From an uncultured Dehalococcoidales bacterium (GTDB lineage: Bacteria > Chloroflexota > Dehalococcoidia > Dehalococcoidales > UBA2162), in contig CAZOUZ010000002.1 of NCBI GenBank assembly GCA_964583115.1, positions 1-33,976 of the forward strand: a stretch of DNA of 33,976 nucleotides. Direction: 5' to 3'. The position numbers and the translations under genes are program-made. Shown here piece after piece: positions 33,116 through 33,976 of this stretch. Below the pieces are notes generated by a model that was given only the letters and a program-made list of their open reading frames with translations, was not told the origin of the DNA and searched no databases. The first letter of the stretch is position 1. Every line of letters begins with the position of its first letter.

Positions 33116-33601
33116 ATGAAAATGAAGATTGTAAGCAGAACAGTTCTGGTGATACTTGTCCTGGTTCTCGCCGGTCTTGCCTTTATCTATTTCGTACCTG
33201 GCTACAATTTATACCTGGTTAGAAGTGAAAGTATGGTACCGTTCCTCAATATGGGAGATTTAATCATCACCGGGCCGATGGACGGACCGGTAAGCGGTGA
33301 GATAAAACCCGGGACTATCGTTACCTACGAATACAGGAACGAGCTTATAACCCACCGGGTAAAGGCAATCGAAGGCACCACCCTCACAACCAAGGGTGAC
33401 GCCACCGAGGACCCCGACCCGTGGCCGGTTACCCTCCCGGACGTCCGGGGCGTTTACCTGTTCAAGATTCCCTCGGTGGGCTTCGTAACGAATTTCATCC
33501 AGACCAAAACAGGCTGGTTTCTAACGATTATTATTCCCGGCGCCTTGCTTACTCTCTGGCTGGTAAAAGACATTGTAAAAGAGGCTTTCAGCGAGGCTTA
33601 A
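33116..33601 (+). CDS. sipW: Signal peptidase I, SipW/archaeal (ER-type, Ser-His) subfamily
   Basis: It has an N-terminal TM, the catalytic Ser box VRSESMVPFLNMGDLI, the His box LITHRV, the TKGDATEDPD box and a C-terminal TM, as in SipW-type S26B peptidases. Confidence 0.85.
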   Translation: MKMKIVSRTVLVILVLVLAGLAFIYFVPGYNLYLVRSESMVPFLNMGDLIITGPMDGPVSGEIKPGTIVTYEYRNELITHRVKAIEGTTLTTKGDATEDPDPWPVTLPDVRGVYLFKIPSVGFVTNFIQTKTGWFLTIIIPGALLTLWLVKDIVKEAFSEA

Positions 33602-33700
33602 TATTTATCTTAAAATTTGGGAGGTGAGGCTTATTGAAAAATGACACTAAACAAACCGTAAACGTAAACCCTTAAATATTCTTAAAGAAAGGAGAGAAAG

Positions 33701-33976
33701 ATGAAAAAGATACTTGGATTAACAGTAGCAGCCCTTATGGTGATGGGGCTCGTCGGAGGCGGCACCTGGGCTTATTTCAGCGACCCTGAGGCAACCGGCA
33801 ATAACGTCTTCTCTGCGGGTACCTTAGACCTTGACCTTGACAGCGGAGATGATACCGAACCTGTTATGTTTAATCTTTTAGACCAGGTCCCCGGTGCTGC
33901 GGACAACGCTACATTATCGCTGGACTATGCCGGAAACCTTGATGGCAAGCTGGACATTAGTTTCTCAGCGATAAAC
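33701..33976 (+). CDS. TasA/camelysin-family protein with a SipW-dependent-type signal peptide (5' partial; runs off the window end)
   Basis: This ORF is not in the ORF track because no stop is reached. The ATG at 33701 is preceded by AAAGGAGAG. It translates to MKKILGLTVAALMVMGLVGGGTWAYFSDPEATGNNVFSAGTLDLDLDSG.... The GTWAYFSD...N.F.AGTLDL pattern is the hallmark of SipW-cognate signal peptides and the TasA/camelysin N-terminus. Confidence 0.8.
   Translation, partial: MKKILGLTVAALMVMGLVGGGTWAYFSDPEATGNNVFSAGTLDLDLDSGDDTEPVMFNLLDQVPGAADNATLSLDYAGNLDGKLDISFSAIN

Noticed and set aside
1-33976. Search for CRISPR arrays, toxin-antitoxin pairs, restriction-modification, retrons, integrases, transposases or prophage genes
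   Set aside because: I saw no regularly spaced direct repeats and no recognisable nuclease, integrase, transposase or phage structural motifs in any frame. The window looks like core or accessory metabolism rather than a defence or mobile island.

Overview
This is a densely coding 33,976-bp bacterial chromosomal window that looks moderately GC-rich by eye. Almost every gene has a strong GGAGG-type Shine-Dalgarno site, and several have near-consensus TTGACA-17-TATAAT promoters. I saw no rRNA, CRISPR array, transposase, integrase or recognisable defence genes. Taxonomy cannot be fixed from the sequence. The gene content (SipW-type signal peptidase with a TasA/camelysin-like protein, a LonC-type protease, PlsY/DegV) would fit a Chloroflexota- or Firmicutes-like anaerobe.

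Gene order, left to right:
- a partial tRNA at the left edge
- a membrane-anchored transglutaminase-like protein
- folP, convergent with and overlapping a pabB-pabA-pabC operon
- a TetR + HlyD + fused double ABC ATPase + ABC-2 permease exporter (same layout as E. coli cecR-ybhGFSR)
- a loose acid-sugar/glycerate cluster: divergent enolase-like protein, MOFRL glycerate 2-kinase, MR/MLE dehydratase, SAM methyltransferase, HpcH aldolase, 2-hydroxyacid dehydrogenase
- two operons of uncharacterised cupin-module proteins (7 modules in 4 genes) flanking a LonC-type protease and an SDR
- degV-plsY-lysophospholipase
- a cNMP-like domain protein followed by acs
- a CHASE4 histidine kinase with an OmpR-family regulator
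- a degenerate receiver, a SipW-type peptidase and a TasA-like protein truncated by the window end

Best candidates for something undescribed:
1. The expanded cupin-module family around the LonC-like protease.
2. The enolase-like and MR/MLE proteins, each with substitutions at canonical catalytic or metal-binding positions, inside a glycerate-producing cluster.
3. A 231-nt multi-hairpin element closed by a 15-bp long-range stem in the Lon/SDR divergent intergenic region.
4. Three 11-bp-phased TTTGTAAY repeats linking the OmpR-type regulator to the receiver-SipW-TasA genes.

All functional calls come from by-eye motif recognition. No database search was run.
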